A stretch of 63,248 bases of DNA, filler included, from Licmophora abbreviata (taxonomy: Eukaryota): the NCBI GenBank assembly GCA_900291995.1. It is 24 parts of 24 records of this genome, joined end to end, with 100 filler letters (N's around TTAATTAATTAA, not from the genome) between each part and the next. Parts side by side here need not be neighbours in the genome. Positions count along the whole stretch, not along the records: positions 23,232 to 24,740 come from OLMU01005427.1; positions 24,841 to 27,987 come from OLMU01005429.1; positions 28,088 to 29,437 come from OLMU01005430.1; positions 29,538 to 32,682 come from OLMU01005431.1; positions 32,783 to 33,994 come from OLMU01005434.1; positions 34,095 to 37,000 come from OLMU01005435.1; 18 more parts are not named here. One strand, 5' to 3'. A program made the translations under genes and the position numbers. Positions 24,054 to 35,665 of the stretch are shown one piece after another. The notes beneath the pieces are model-generated. The model worked only from the letters and a program-made list of their open reading frames with translations. It made no database searches and was not told the DNA's origin. Each line of letters begins with the position of its first letter. Within the stretch, counting starts at the first letter, position 1.

Positions 24054-26293
24054 ATGAAATCTGTTTTTCTCGTTTCCTTCCTCCTCGTCTTCACGAGGAC
24101 AACAAGCGCCTTTACGGTTGACCCATCCTCTTGCATCGAGGCCTTGGCACAGCTTCGCGAACAAGGAACTCTGCTTGCAAGTGCGGCGGCGGCTGGATTC
24201 ACCAAGATACCCATAAATGAAGCATCGGTACGTGTGTGCGAGTTTGGACTCGTTTTACTTTCGCATATGCTACTGAGAGTGAAACATATACTGAGAGTGA
24301 GACAGTGTCAATCCGTACTGTCAGTTTTGGAGTCTTCTCACAACCGTTGTTTTCATTGAATCTGTCCTACTCTCTCTGTTGACACGCAGCTTCCCACCGT
24401 GCTAGGCAGCACCGTTGCTGCCGTGGGTGCCCGCACGGCCACGGCCCTGTCCAACAGCAAACGCAGTACGGATACTGGCGACGAGGAGGACAAGGAGGAG
24501 GATAGTGTCGATGCGCTTCCCAACGACAATGAGGTTTCGGAAGAAGAAAATGAGCAAGTGGAGGACGCGACACTCAGCAAGCAAGAAGATGAGGCGGGTG
24601 ATGATGAAATCGATGTCGGGGTACCGAACCGGGTGCCACTGCAGACGGTGAAAACATCCAGCTTGCTCCGGATCCAAAGGAACAGTTCGACGCAGAGATG
24701 AATCCGATGAAGACTCTTCGGCGTACTGCGGGGGATGATGNNNNNNNNNNNNNNNNNNNNNNNNNNNNNNNNNNNNNNNNNNNNTTAATTAATTAANNNN
24801 NNNNNNNNNNNNNNNNNNNNNNNNNNNNNNNNNNNNNNNNAGACAGTAGGAGCAACGAGGGCGCGCGAGATGCTGCCGAGGTTGCCAAGAATGCCTTTCA
24901 GCAAATCAGACCGACCGAGTTGAAGAATAAGAAGTTTGGAAAGGTACTGCCGCCGGATCCAAAGGATAGTGTGGTGAAGAACGGCTTGCTCAAGGCCGCT
25001 TCGCCCGCTCTAACGGATCAGTCACCACCACTGGGATCCAAGAAGCTGGCAGTAGGTGATGAGAAGAAAGAGAATGTTAAGGCCAAGGAAGATCCCGGCA
25101 AGGCGGAGGCGGCGGCCAAGTTCGAGGCAAAGAGGATGGCATTTGCGTCGGGCGATACTAGGAGCAACGACGGTGCAAGGGACGCAGCCGAGGTGGCCAA
25201 GAATGCCTTTCAGCAAATTAGACCGACCGAGTTGAAGAACAAGTATGGAAAGGTACTGCCGCCGGATCCAAAAGATAGCGTGGTGAACAGTAACTTCGTC
25301 AAGGCCTCTACTCCTGCCCCGAAAAAGTTGTCAGCCGAGGGGTTTAAGCCGTTGGCGGCGACGAAGGAGAATGCTATCGTTAAGAGGGATTCGTCCGATG
25401 TGGATGATTCTGAAAAGAAGTCGATAGTTGAGACAACTTCAATGCCGCAGGATCGAAAAGATCAATTTGAGACGAAGAGGATGGCATTTGCGTCGGGTGA
25501 TAGTAGGACAAATGAAGGTGCCAATGATGCTGCCAAGTTGGCCAAGAATGCTTTTCGAGGAATGAGGCTCTCCGATTCGAGAAACAATGAGGGTCTTAAG
25601 GACGCTGCCGAGGTGGCAAAGAATGCATTTCAGGATATCAGGCCGACCGAGTTGAAGAACAAGTATGGAGCGTTGCAGCCCCCAGATCCAAAAAAGAGCG
25701 TGGTAAACAGCGACTTCGTGAAGGCATCTAATCCTCCAGAGAGTGCTCGGCCAGCAACAGTAAAATCGAAGAAGCTGAAAGGCTCTGTGAAGAAGGAGAC
25801 TGTGGCGATCCCATCTGCGACTGCGGAACCAAAAGAAGCGCCCATCAAGGCTGAGGCAGCACCGAAAGAGGATGCGCTTGTCAAGAGCGATTCGTCGAAG
25901 CCCGACTCCAAGCAAGTAACAAAGAAAGACACTTCGAAGTCTCCGGATCCAGAAGAAAAGGCCATCACGACGAAGTCAACGACTAAGGTGGATAGTCCTC
26001 CTCCTATTGAAGCTGTTGCCGAGAAGGAGGACACGATCAGCAAGTTTGAGGCTAATGTGATGGCATTTTCCTACTCCGATAGGAAAGGCTTTGCCCGTCC
26101 GATTCAGAAACTGCCAGATTCTCGCGATCCGGTCCAGATTGATCGCACACAGGGTGCTACCATTCTCATTCCCGATCCGAAGGGTCGCGTTCCGCGGGCG
26201 AAGGAAACGCCCGTCTTGGCTCAAACCGACACGACGAGCAATGCGGCAGGGAGCCCCGAAGTTTTGCCGGATGCGAAGGATGTCAAACCGTGA
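24054..26293 (+). CDS. Plastid-targeted, repeat-containing low-complexity protein; intron 24228-24389, likely frameshift near 24630, probably spans the gap at 24741
   Basis: Bipartite presequence MKSVFLVSFLLVFTRTTSA-F, a phase-0 GT-AG intron, a hydrophobic segment and an acidic tract. The pre-gap PDPKEQF resembles the post-gap repeats (PPDPKDS, KDQFE). Confidence 0.6.
24842..25710 (+). repeat. Intragenic coding repeats of about 45 aa (DxRSNEGARDAAEVAKNAFQQIRPTELKNKYGKVLPPDPKDSVV): three full copies and one partial copy
   Basis: Copies start at about 24842, 25153 and 25574, with a partial copy at about 25498. They are similar at both nucleotide and protein level. Confidence 0.9.
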
Positions 26294-26648
26294 TGGAAGC
26301 GGGGTGAGAATTAGTGGGTAGCAAATCTCGCTTCTATCTACTGTAGGGGAACTAGCAGTACAGATACGGTAGATGTATGCTTGTGCCTTTTCAGGTCCAT
26401 GGAGATACTTACCAGGGAGTTCCTTCAATGCTGTCGAGTGTGTATCGTGGTACTAGCAACGAGCTCCGTGACTCGACTCATTCGAATCTTTGTTCTAGTG
26501 ACTCATCTCGTGACTGACCAAAAGATAACACGCACGCAGAATTTGAAATTGGACACGTTGACACACAAAAGAGACGAAACAGTCGGGGGAGGCAAACATC
26601 GTGCATCGCCTGTTCTGACCCACTCAGCCAAGACGAGATAAACTCACG

Positions 26649-27229
26649 ATGAAGCTTCCTCTTGCTCTCCTTGCTCTGACAGCCTCTGTCACTGCCTTTT
26701 CGGTCGTCCCGGTGTTTCGCAATTCGGGGGCGTCCTCGACACAGCTTCGCGACGTCAATCTCATTGCCGATGCCGCGGCAGGTGGACTGCAGATTCCCAA
26801 TGACTCGGTATGTTGAAGTTGTACATTCACACATCCATCACAATGAATCTGGCTACTGTATGAATAAAAAGAGGCTCTGGCTCACCACACCTTGCTCTCT
26901 GCCTTTTTTCTCTTTCACCAAAATAGCTCCCCGCTGTCATTGGTGGTGCTGTTGCCGCTCTTGGCGGCGCGGCGGCAGCCTTGACCAAGGGACGTTCAGG
27001 CAGCGCATCCAATACCGCAGTGGAAGAAGAAGAAGAGGAGGAGGTCGAACCGATTGATGTGAGTATTCCCTACAATGCCGCAGCACTGCTTGCGTACAGC
27101 GAGTTTCGAGAGATCGACGAGAACGATGATGCTGAGTACCAAAAGTTCCAGGAATTGTGGTTGGGAGTGCAAGTGGCGGAAGCGACACTGAAGAAGAAGC
27201 AGCGCGAGTTTTCCGCGGCCTTCAAGTAA
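26649..27229 (+). CDS. Small plastid-targeted single-pass membrane protein; exons 26649-26807 and 26927-27229
   Basis: MKLPLALLALTASVTA-F presequence, a phase-0 GT-AG intron, a Gly/Ala-rich hydrophobic segment, poly-E, then IDVSIPYNAAALLAY. Confidence 0.78.
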
Positions 27230-27561
27230 TCGAAACGCGGAACGAAGAGAGGAAAGACAAGAATGCAGTAGGCGACCTCAAGGGCTGCCTCCTGGTAGCA
27301 TCGATCGATCTGTCTGCGACGGCGACCAGCATCCAATACGGTCAGAAATCACAAAGTAGGCAATCATTGTATCGCGACACACCACATGAATACGAAGCGA
27401 CCCAGCAGACAGAAACAACAACAAATGCGGATACAGACGATTAATTTTAAAGATACACTTGCAAGATTTGAAACAAGCAGGATCACATAAAACAGAAGGA
27501 AAACAAGGAAAAGATGTAGGTATGTAGTGCCTACTCGATGCAGCGTAGCGTATCGTATCGT

Positions 27562-28494
27562 TCACTGAAGGCGACGACGAGAATTTGATTGTTGTGCGAA
27601 TGGATCTGTTGTCGTCTTGATGAGCTCGTCAGTTGCATGTTTCGTTTGACGACCCATGAGCGGCTCGTATACCCACGTCTTGACCAAATCCAAAAAGGGT
27701 CGCTCGCCCAGGGGAAGGACCTCATTGTAAAACCACGGCAACGACCCCTGTGCAGGTGCATTCATCAAGACGCGCGAAAACCACTTTGAAGTTGTAAAGA
27801 ATGCCCTGAGACCATCCTTTTCGAATCCCTCTTGAATGATGGTGCGATACCGAATAGTACCATGCTTGGCAGCATAGTCGAGAGTTCGTCCCCATAGCGC
27901 TTGTTGTGTAATGGCCATGACGTTTCCGACAAACACATTCAGCCCAAGGCCGTACCAAAATATTGTACTTTGAGACTTGCGTTCTTGNNNNNNNNNNNNN
28001 NNNNNNNNNNNNNNNNNNNNNNNNNNNNNNNTTAATTAATTAANNNNNNNNNNNNNNNNNNNNNNNNNNNNNNNNNNNNNNNNNNNNTATACAGGTCGTA
28101 CGCCAAGCAAATTGGAAAGGCCGTGATCAAAGAATTGAAAGGCGCATCCCATGACGGAGTACTGCAAGAACCAGGCGGCAATCGACGCAGGTCCCACAAC
28201 CCGGTATGGTCCCAGATACCCGTCTTGAAATGTCAATCGAACAGCCTTTTGGAATTGGCGCTCGCCAGAAACTTGAGACGAGTTCATGAAGAGCGCTATC
28301 TTTTCGAGGGGCATTCCCGCAAAGCGCATAAGGACACCAAACAAGCCAATTCCCGTCGAGCGGTACGCGACGGCGAACGGTTCCACCCAGGAAAGAGGCA
28401 TGTGCAAGGCACGGACTTCCATGTCGATATCTGTCTCACGGCGTCGCAAGACGGACTTGAAGGGAGGAACAGGATCATGCTCTTGTGGGGCCAT
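27562..28494 (-). CDS. Divergent mitochondrial carrier (SLC25)-like protein spanning the gap at 27988
   Basis: PLEKIALF is a Px[DE]xx-type motif. EKDGLRAFF...SRVLMNAP...PWFY resembles the third carrier repeat. Both pieces are on the same strand and open at the gap. Confidence 0.6.
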
Positions 28495-29120
28495 GCTGCA
28501 GAAATAGTCATAAACTCCTCGTGTGAAGGGAAAAGAAAAGCATGCGGGAATGGGGCTGACAACCAGCCATCAGAATTCGAAGTTTTGTGCGGTCCTTGTT
28601 TCGCGGTTCGAAATCGTCGTCACAGGGCATCTCACATCTCACGTTTCATGGCGCACGTCAGAGCCCCGGAGATGACCTTCATACTCGTAAGTCGTTAGAT
28701 TTATGGAATCGTGCTCGGCGGATATTCATTAGAAATCTAAGAGCTGTACAAATCAATATGAGCATTTGTATCATTCATAACCGTATATTTTAAGTTCGCA
28801 TTGAAAGCATGACAGTGAACGCTGCAATTGCACCCGCATAGAATGTGATAAAAAGCAAGATCGCTGCGACTAATAGACAATACCTGGTATGATGGAGAAT
28901 AGCTCGGCGATGGCTTGGAAGGATCGGGGGCCACTAATTGACAACGTAAACTGTATTGGTGCACTCAAAGTCAGTATAGGGGCTCTACTCTAGAGGATGT
29001 ACTATTTCGTTACACCTCTCGCAAAGTGTCTTTTCCCATGACGACGACGAAGGGACACTAAAACCAAAACTTTCAGTCAAAACTAATGCGCTTTCTGTGA
29101 CGGTTTAACATGGATGCTAT

Positions 29121-29437
29121 TCAGGCCCTTTCAATCAAGATATCAACGATCGATCCGTCCTTACTGACTTCGAAGGTGCGCTTGTATCCCCTCTCCTTGT
29201 GGAGCAGGGCCGGTACCGCATCACCCGTACCGAGGAGTCCTTCCTTTCTGGTCCCATCACAGACCACCTGGTACTCCGAGTGGCCCTGACGAATAGGTCC
29301 CCACGTGATATCATCACGGAGGACTTTGGAGCTGTCAATCATGAACGCCTGACGGCCTTCGAGGCGGATGCCCCAGGGCTCCGTCACTCCGACGCCAATC
29401 ATCTTGACATTCTCCGACAAGAGTTTGGAGGCTTCAC
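29121..29437 (-). CDS. 3' end of an unidentified protein
   Basis: The frame is open from the gap to a stop at 29121 with globular, protein-like composition. No family was recognised. Confidence 0.5.
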
Positions 29438-29716
29438 NNNNNNNNNNNNNNNNNNNNNNNNNNNNNNNNNNNNNNNNNNNNTTAATTAATTAANNNNNNN
29501 NNNNNNNNNNNNNNNNNNNNNNNNNNNNNNNNNNNNNGGTCAGCCGACGACGAAGACGACGCAAAGTCTGGGCGAGTGGTGTTTGCTTACTACTAGTATA
29601 CACAGAGAGGAGAAGATAGAACGGAACTGCGTCACTGGAAAGTGTCTTCTCTTCGTTGGTGCTAGGGACGAATTGCGGTCTAGATTGAGCGATTCAATTT
29701 TGGAAAAATTAGACGC

Positions 29717-32140
29717 ATGACAATGAGGATCTGCTCGGTGTCGATCCTTCTCTCCCTTTTTGTGGCAGTCTGGGCGGCATCAACTGCCAATGCCTTTGTT
29801 CCGTCCATAAAGCAAGCCTCTGCAGGGAACGATTTGTCGCTGCGGATGTCGACTGGTGCTACAATGGACACACCACGGTCCTCGGCAAGTGGAAGTCCAG
29901 ACCGCCTCGACGTAGTTTGGATGGGAGCCGGCGACTTGAGAACCGACGATCATGGGGGCTTGCAGGCTGCCTGGAAGGCACACGAACAAGCCACTCGCAA
30001 GAACATTGTTCCAATCGTAGTCTTGGAAAACCTCGAACAGATCCCAGGGTCCATTGCGCACACGATCGATACGGCCGCCATCGTTAGCAGTGCTCTGCGA
30101 GATCTATCGACCAGTCTAGAATCGTCCTTTAAACTTCACTTGCACGTGTTTGAGACCTATCAGGATGCTTGGGAAAGTTTGATGAACGCCAGTTCGGAAC
30201 TGCATGTACATACCTGTGACTTGGGGGTCGTTGACAATCGCATGGGCTACGGGGCTCATCATGGTGTCCTGCAGAGCAGTAGTAGTTTTGAGACGGAGAG
30301 TGTTCAGTGGCATTCGTGGAATTGTCGCTTGCGTGAAGAGCCGTGGGACAACCTTGATGTTGAGTCGATCACGGAGTTCCCAGTGTATGCTAAGACCTAC
30401 TCCAACGCACCGACTCAGCCATTGTCAGCACCTCAGGACGAGTCGGCTTCGGAAGAAACCATCTTTCGACTGGACGACGCTAGAACTGTCGACGTTCCTT
30501 CCTCAGAACAGCTGGCGAGCTTGTTCCAGACAAAATTGCAGTTAGAGTCGGAACAAATGGAAGAAGAGCAGAATACGGGCTTGTATGGTACACACTGGGG
30601 TGGATTGGATGCCGCTTCGGCATCCGAGACGAATGTGTTGAAGATGCTGCGTGTCTATACTCAAGAGTGTGACGAAGATGACCAAGTCTTTAGTGAGCAC
30701 GCCAACGCTCCTGCTCCCATCCGCAATGGTCGCAGTTTGGAGCATGCAGCCGTGAGTTGGATGCTAAGGGGCAAAGACGGCAGCACGACCCGTCAAAATA
30801 CGCAGAATATGATTGCGGGCGAAGGCATGACGCGCTTCTTGGCCATGCCGTTACTGCTGGGGACCATTTCACCGCGACGCATCTGGTACATGGCGCAGAA
30901 GAATGACATGTGGCATACAAGTCCGTTGCGGACACTGGTGGAGACAAGCGAGTGGCACAAACTGCTAGCAGCGAGAAACATTGCCGATGCTGGAAAGAAA
31001 GAGGGCGACAACGCGCTACGATATGACTATTGGAGATGGCACGGGTTCTTGTGTCGGTACGGGCAAAGTACGCTCAAGGAAAGCTCCACTTCTCCCAACA
31101 AAGAAGGATTAGTGTTGGTCCACGGATTTGGTGCGTCCAGCTCTCAATGGGACAAGGCCATGGAGGAACTACGTAGTGGGACGAATGAAGCCGTCGCGGA
31201 AGGGACCGTGGAGGGACTGGCGCCCGACTTGATTGGCTTTGGCCAATCGGAAAAGCCCCCTCTGACATATACGCAGTACCTATGGGAAAGCTATGTCTCG
31301 GCGTTTGTCAAGGAAGTGGCAGTGCACAAGCAGAAATGGGGCGGTTATGTTGTTGGTGGAAATAGCATTGGCGGATACACATCCATGGGAACCGCAGCCG
31401 ACGATACAGTACAGCGCCAATCCTCTTCGGTTTCTTGCTCGGGCGCCCCTGGAACGGGGAAATGCGAAGGAGTAGTCCTGATGAATTCGGCAGGTCAGCT
31501 CAAGTCGAGAGAGGAGATTGAAAAACTACGACAAGATGGCAGAGCAACGGAGCGTAGGTCCATGGCGGATGTAACTTCTCGTGATGGACTTCCGGGATGC
31601 AGTCCTATTACCAGACCCGTAGCCAGACTATTTGGCACTGGTCTACTAACATACTTGCGTCCTCGTATTCAATCGATCTGCGTGAACCTGTACCCGACAA
31701 ACCCAAATGCCGTCGACGAGAATTTGTGCGATGGTATCTTACGCGATTCATTGGACCCGGGTGCGATTAATGTCATGATATCGGGAAGCAAACTACCGCC
31801 ACCCCGAACGGCAAACGAACTTTTGGGAGCTGACTATGGGTCAGCTGCTACTGAAAACTCGGATGAGCTTCGCGAAGGAATGTGGACCGGCCCGGTGCTT
31901 GTGGCACAAGGTATGAAAGATCCATTGAACGACGCCAAGTCTCGGGCGATCATGTTTGGAGATCTTAGAGAGAATATTGTGGTAAAGGCGATTGATGCGG
32001 GGCACTGTCCTCATGACGAGTTGCCAGGCGATGTCTCCACGGAAATTGTGCGTTGGCTGGAATCGACCAAAGAGCTTCGAAAGACGACGGTCGGGCAAGC
32101 GGAAACTATTGGTGCCCAACCATCATATAGTAGTGGATGA
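29717..32140 (+). CDS. Plastid-targeted fusion of a degenerate photolyase/cryptochrome alpha/beta-like domain and an alpha/beta hydrolase
   Basis: Signal peptide ending ANA-F. DLRTDDHGGL resembles the photolyase N-terminal DLRxxD motif. Hydrolase motifs are VHGFG, DLIGFGQSEKP, GNSIGG (Ser), DPL (Asp) and AGHCPHDE (His). Confidence 0.82.
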   Translation: MTMRICSVSILLSLFVAVWAASTANAFVPSIKQASAGNDLSLRMSTGATMDTPRSSASGSPDRLDVVWMGAGDLRTDDHGGLQAAWKAHEQATRKNIVPIVVLENLEQIPGSIAHTIDTAAIVSSALRDLSTSLESSFKLHLHVFETYQDAWESLMNASSELHVHTCDLGVVDNRMGYGAHHGVLQSSSSFETESVQWHSWNCRLREEPWDNLDVESITEFPVYAKTYSNAPTQPLSAPQDESASEETIFRLDDARTVDVPSSEQLASLFQTKLQLESEQMEEEQNTGLYGTHWGGLDAASASETNVLKMLRVYTQECDEDDQVFSEHANAPAPIRNGRSLEHAAVSWMLRGKDGSTTRQNTQNMIAGEGMTRFLAMPLLLGTISPRRIWYMAQKNDMWHTSPLRTLVETSEWHKLLAARNIADAGKKEGDNALRYDYWRWHGFLCRYGQSTLKESSTSPNKEGLVLVHGFGASSSQWDKAMEELRSGTNEAVAEGTVEGLAPDLIGFGQSEKPPLTYTQYLWESYVSAFVKEVAVHKQKWGGYVVGGNSIGGYTSMGTAADDTVQRQSSSVSCSGAPGTGKCEGVVLMNSAGQLKSREEIEKLRQDGRATERRSMADVTSRDGLPGCSPITRPVARLFGTGLLTYLRPRIQSICVNLYPTNPNAVDENLCDGILRDSLDPGAINVMISGSKLPPPRTANELLGADYGSAATENSDELREGMWTGPVLVAQGMKDPLNDAKSRAIMFGDLRENIVVKAIDAGHCPHDELPGDVSTEIVRWLESTKELRKTTVGQAETIGAQPSYSSG

Positions 32141-32230
32141 TGCCGGACATTGCAATCACAACCGGTCGTCGTTGACAAAATATACTTATATAGCGCTTAT
32201 CAAGAATAAACGGTGTTCTAGCATTGGTGA

Positions 32231-32682
32231 TTATGATCCTCTCAGCATTCTCTGCTGAGAATTATGCCGAAAGTTGTCGAGATCTCGTTCCTCTATCGAG
32301 CGTTCGCACCTTCCGCACGTCTTCGGGCATACATCAAAGGCTTCATCGATCTCCCCACAGAAATTCTTCCGAATCGCTGGTGGTCGCATGGATAGCCACC
32401 GACAAGAATAGGGCCCTCGTTCTCCCACCCTGAAGCGGGTTTTCGTGTCAACACATAAGTCGACGACGTTGCTCCTTGTGCTGACACACTTTCCGCATGT
32501 CTCCTCACATATGTCTCTTGCGTTGGACGGATGGCCCGCTACACAGAAGGTTCTCATTGTGTTTCGCTTGGTGGCAAGCCAAACACAACTCTGATCACCG
32601 ATAAGGTCATTGACAAATATTCTACCGGATCTATCGTCCTGACAAATGGCATCCGATGGTGCGCTTGACTCTGAAGGAGTGG
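32231..32682 (-). CDS. 3' end of a Cys-rich repeat protein (ShKT-like CxxTCGxC modules)
   Basis: ICEETCGKC and VCPKTCGRC modules with a C-x-W-L core. Confidence 0.6.
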
Positions 32683-33043
32683 NNNNNNNNNNNNNNNNNN
32701 NNNNNNNNNNNNNNNNNNNNNNNNNNTTAATTAATTAANNNNNNNNNNNNNNNNNNNNNNNNNNNNNNNNNNNNNNNNNNNNCGTGATATGGAAAACGCC
32801 TGTTTCATCAGGGCGCAGCGCTCGGCCCCATGGTGGCGATCTTGTCGCGTGTCGCGGTCGGAACATCAGTGATGCTTTTCCCGCTCTTCTCTGAAGATAC
32901 CGCATTGTGGACCTCGTGTTGACATTTTCGATGCTCTCCCGCGCGTGATCAGAAACTACTTTGAAGCAGCGGTCGCGAGACATTTATCCCGACTGACGAC
33001 GATGGTATGACTCCAAAGAAAGCATGAGAGGGAGGGCGACAAG

Positions 33044-34318
33044 ATGCGTCTTCATCTTTCATCGCGTGTCGGAATTGCCCTGCTTGCTTTGCTGGTCCTT
33101 CCTCTTGAGCTTCAGTATGGTCTTCTGCGACGAGTGGCAGTTGAGAAAACAGTGGATGACGCCGGGCGATACACCGAGACTGATGTTGCTTCTGCGAAAG
33201 GATCTCGACGACACCACCCGTCCCTGGCTTCTTCTATGCCTCATCCCCATGCTGGAGCCAAAGACGAGTACGGAAACTGGGGCTATATTCATGATCCGAC
33301 CTTTTTGAGTCGCAATCCGAAGGCCTTTTTCATTTCGAACGAGGAACGGACTCAAATTTGTGCACCTCCAGGTCAAGGGCCCGAGGGAGGAAAGGAAACA
33401 CATCAATTCATGACACAGGAGCTTTCCGTCTTACCTAGTTTCAACAACAGTTCGTCCCTGAAACTCTTTTGCTCCGTCTATACATATCCCGGTGGCGTCA
33501 ACATGACCCAAGCTGTGTTGGAGACGTGGGGTAGTCGTTGCGATGGATTCTTGGCGGCCTCTACAATGACGGATGCATCACGTGGGATGGTACACATTCC
33601 ACATGGAGGGAGTCATTTTGGAACATACGACGGTATTTGGCAAAAAGTACGATCCATGATGACCTATGTCTACACACAGTACGGCGACGAGTATGACTAC
33701 TTTCACTTCAATGGTGACGACACCTTTCTCATTGTCGAGAATCTCAAAGCGTTCTTGCATGATAAGAGGCCACCGTATGCGGGTCGATGGATGATGCCTT
33801 CGTGGAGCTCGGAAATTACCAAATCACACCCTGACTTTTATTACTTGTTGGGTGGACCGGGCTACACACTGAGTCGGAATACACTCCGGTTGCTGGTAGA
33901 AGAGGTGCTGCCATGGTGTCACAACACAACCGATAATTCTGCCGAGGACTTCTTCGTCGGGAATTGTCTCTGGGAGGCTGGTATTCGCGGATCTNNNNNN
34001 NNNNNNNNNNNNNNNNNNNNNNNNNNNNNNNNNNNNNNTTAATTAATTAANNNNNNNNNNNNNNNNNNNNNNNNNNNNNNNNNNNNNNNNNNNNCAGTAG
34101 GAATTGAGTACTATCGAAACGGGTACTTTGGCAATAGGTTTTGGATTCAGGCCCATGGCAGGCTCTCTCTGTTTCATACGGGTATCCCGACTATGCCGGC
34201 TGCCGTGGAGAGCATAGTATCCAAGACGAGCGTGTCTTTTCACCTTGTGGACACGCCAGCAAAGATACGAAGAATGGAGAAGCTACTGTACCGGAAGAAC
34301 GAGCCCGACTGCTTATAG
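33044..34318 (+). CDS. GT31 core-1 beta-1,3-galactosyltransferase (C1GALT1)-like protein spanning the gap at 33995
   Basis: Type II anchor, TWGSRCD, GDDTFLIVENL, GGPGYTLSR and AED motifs. The post-gap frame gives SVSFH...LLYR and a stop at 34318. Confidence 0.88.
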
Positions 34319-34709
34319 TAGAACCGGAACTGAGGAGTGATGCGGGTTGAGTCTACAATGGATTATACTCTGGATAAGACCAAGAGTCATGCTACTAGAA
34401 AGTAGCATTTGTAGACGCTAATTGAGAACCCCGTCCTCGTCATTCTCGTCATCAAGTGAGTGCGAGACGATTGATTCGATTCTCAGAATTTGAAATTGAA
34501 AAGCCATCCACGAGTGCGTGTGACTCGGGACCGGAGCCAGCAGCTCGTGACCCCATCAGTCATGAGCGTCTCGTATCACGTTCTTCACTTAAGCGATCAG
34601 GCAACGTCCACTTCGTTCTATTGCTTCACAAAACGACGTTTTCGGCGAACTTGTCTACTCGTATTGTGATGAGCAGCGATGTCCATCAACAACGTGCTCC
34701 TGTCTCACC

Positions 34710-35633
34710 ATGTCTAGAGGATTCCTAACCAGAAGGAGGAGGGGAGGTGGGCTGCTCATTTTTCTTCTAGCCTTGGCCGCGACGTTGATAGCTCGACGGC
34801 TGTTGGATGCGACGTTGCTGCCGACTGATGCTTCATCTTCGTCGTTGTTGATGTCGACCCTTGCACAGGCGTCAAAGCCTGCTCCTCGATTCTCGCTTGT
34901 CGACTACTGTGTGGGAGATGCGTATGATACGTTAAAGCCCCTGGTGATGTACAATCGACGAGCCTACGCCGAGCGGCACGGATACGAAGTATTCTCTGGG
35001 TCCATCGATGAGTACCCACTCGAACCATTTGTGACTCCGCGTGCCTGGCTCAAACCAGCCTATCTATATGAGATCATGAACAAATCATACAACAGCAGCA
35101 ATGCTACTGCTAGTGTCGACTGGTTTGTGTGGATGGACTGCGATGCCTTGATTGCGAGATTCGACTGGAGTCTTGACAAAATCCTGTCGGATATACAAGC
35201 ACACAACGACGATCACCACGTGATTGTCGCACAAGATCCCAATACACTCTTCAATACGGGTGTAATGCTAATACGAAATCACGAGTGGTCCCATAATCTA
35301 CTGAAACGCATGTTGCAGCAATCGGCCAGCAATTCTACTAGGCATTCCAAATGGTGGGAGCAGCAGGCCTTGTTGGATTTGTACGAAGCCAATCAACACG
35401 ATGAACACCGACACGTTTTCATCACACCGCAACGAGCGAAATTGAATGCCTTTCGTAATCCAAGACGCAATGAATACGAAGCCAATACGACGTTTATCTG
35501 GCACCGAGTCAACTGTCGGCAACAACCTGAATGTGATGAAATGTCAGTCGACTTTTTCTGTGCGACCATGCCAAAGCTGCCATCATTGTTTCCCGATGAG
35601 ATCTGTCGCGATCGAGCTTCTTCTGACTTTTAA
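34710..35633 (+). CDS. GT34 (GMA12/MNN10-like) glycosyltransferase
   Basis: Type II anchor, YAERHGY, WFVWMDCDAL (DxD), FNTGVMLIRN and WEQQAL motifs. Confidence 0.88.
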   Translation: MSRGFLTRRRRGGGLLIFLLALAATLIARRLLDATLLPTDASSSSLLMSTLAQASKPAPRFSLVDYCVGDAYDTLKPLVMYNRRAYAERHGYEVFSGSIDEYPLEPFVTPRAWLKPAYLYEIMNKSYNSSNATASVDWFVWMDCDALIARFDWSLDKILSDIQAHNDDHHVIVAQDPNTLFNTGVMLIRNHEWSHNLLKRMLQQSASNSTRHSKWWEQQALLDLYEANQHDEHRHVFITPQRAKLNAFRNPRRNEYEANTTFIWHRVNCRQQPECDEMSVDFFCATMPKLPSLFPDEICRDRASSDF

Positions 35634-35665
35634 AGTAGCTAGGATTTATTCTAACGGTATGCTAT

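Noticed and set aside
24842..25710. Spaced repeats as a CRISPR-like array
   Set aside because: The units are about 135 nt, lie in frame within an ORF and vary at synonymous positions. There are no cas genes and the context is eukaryotic.
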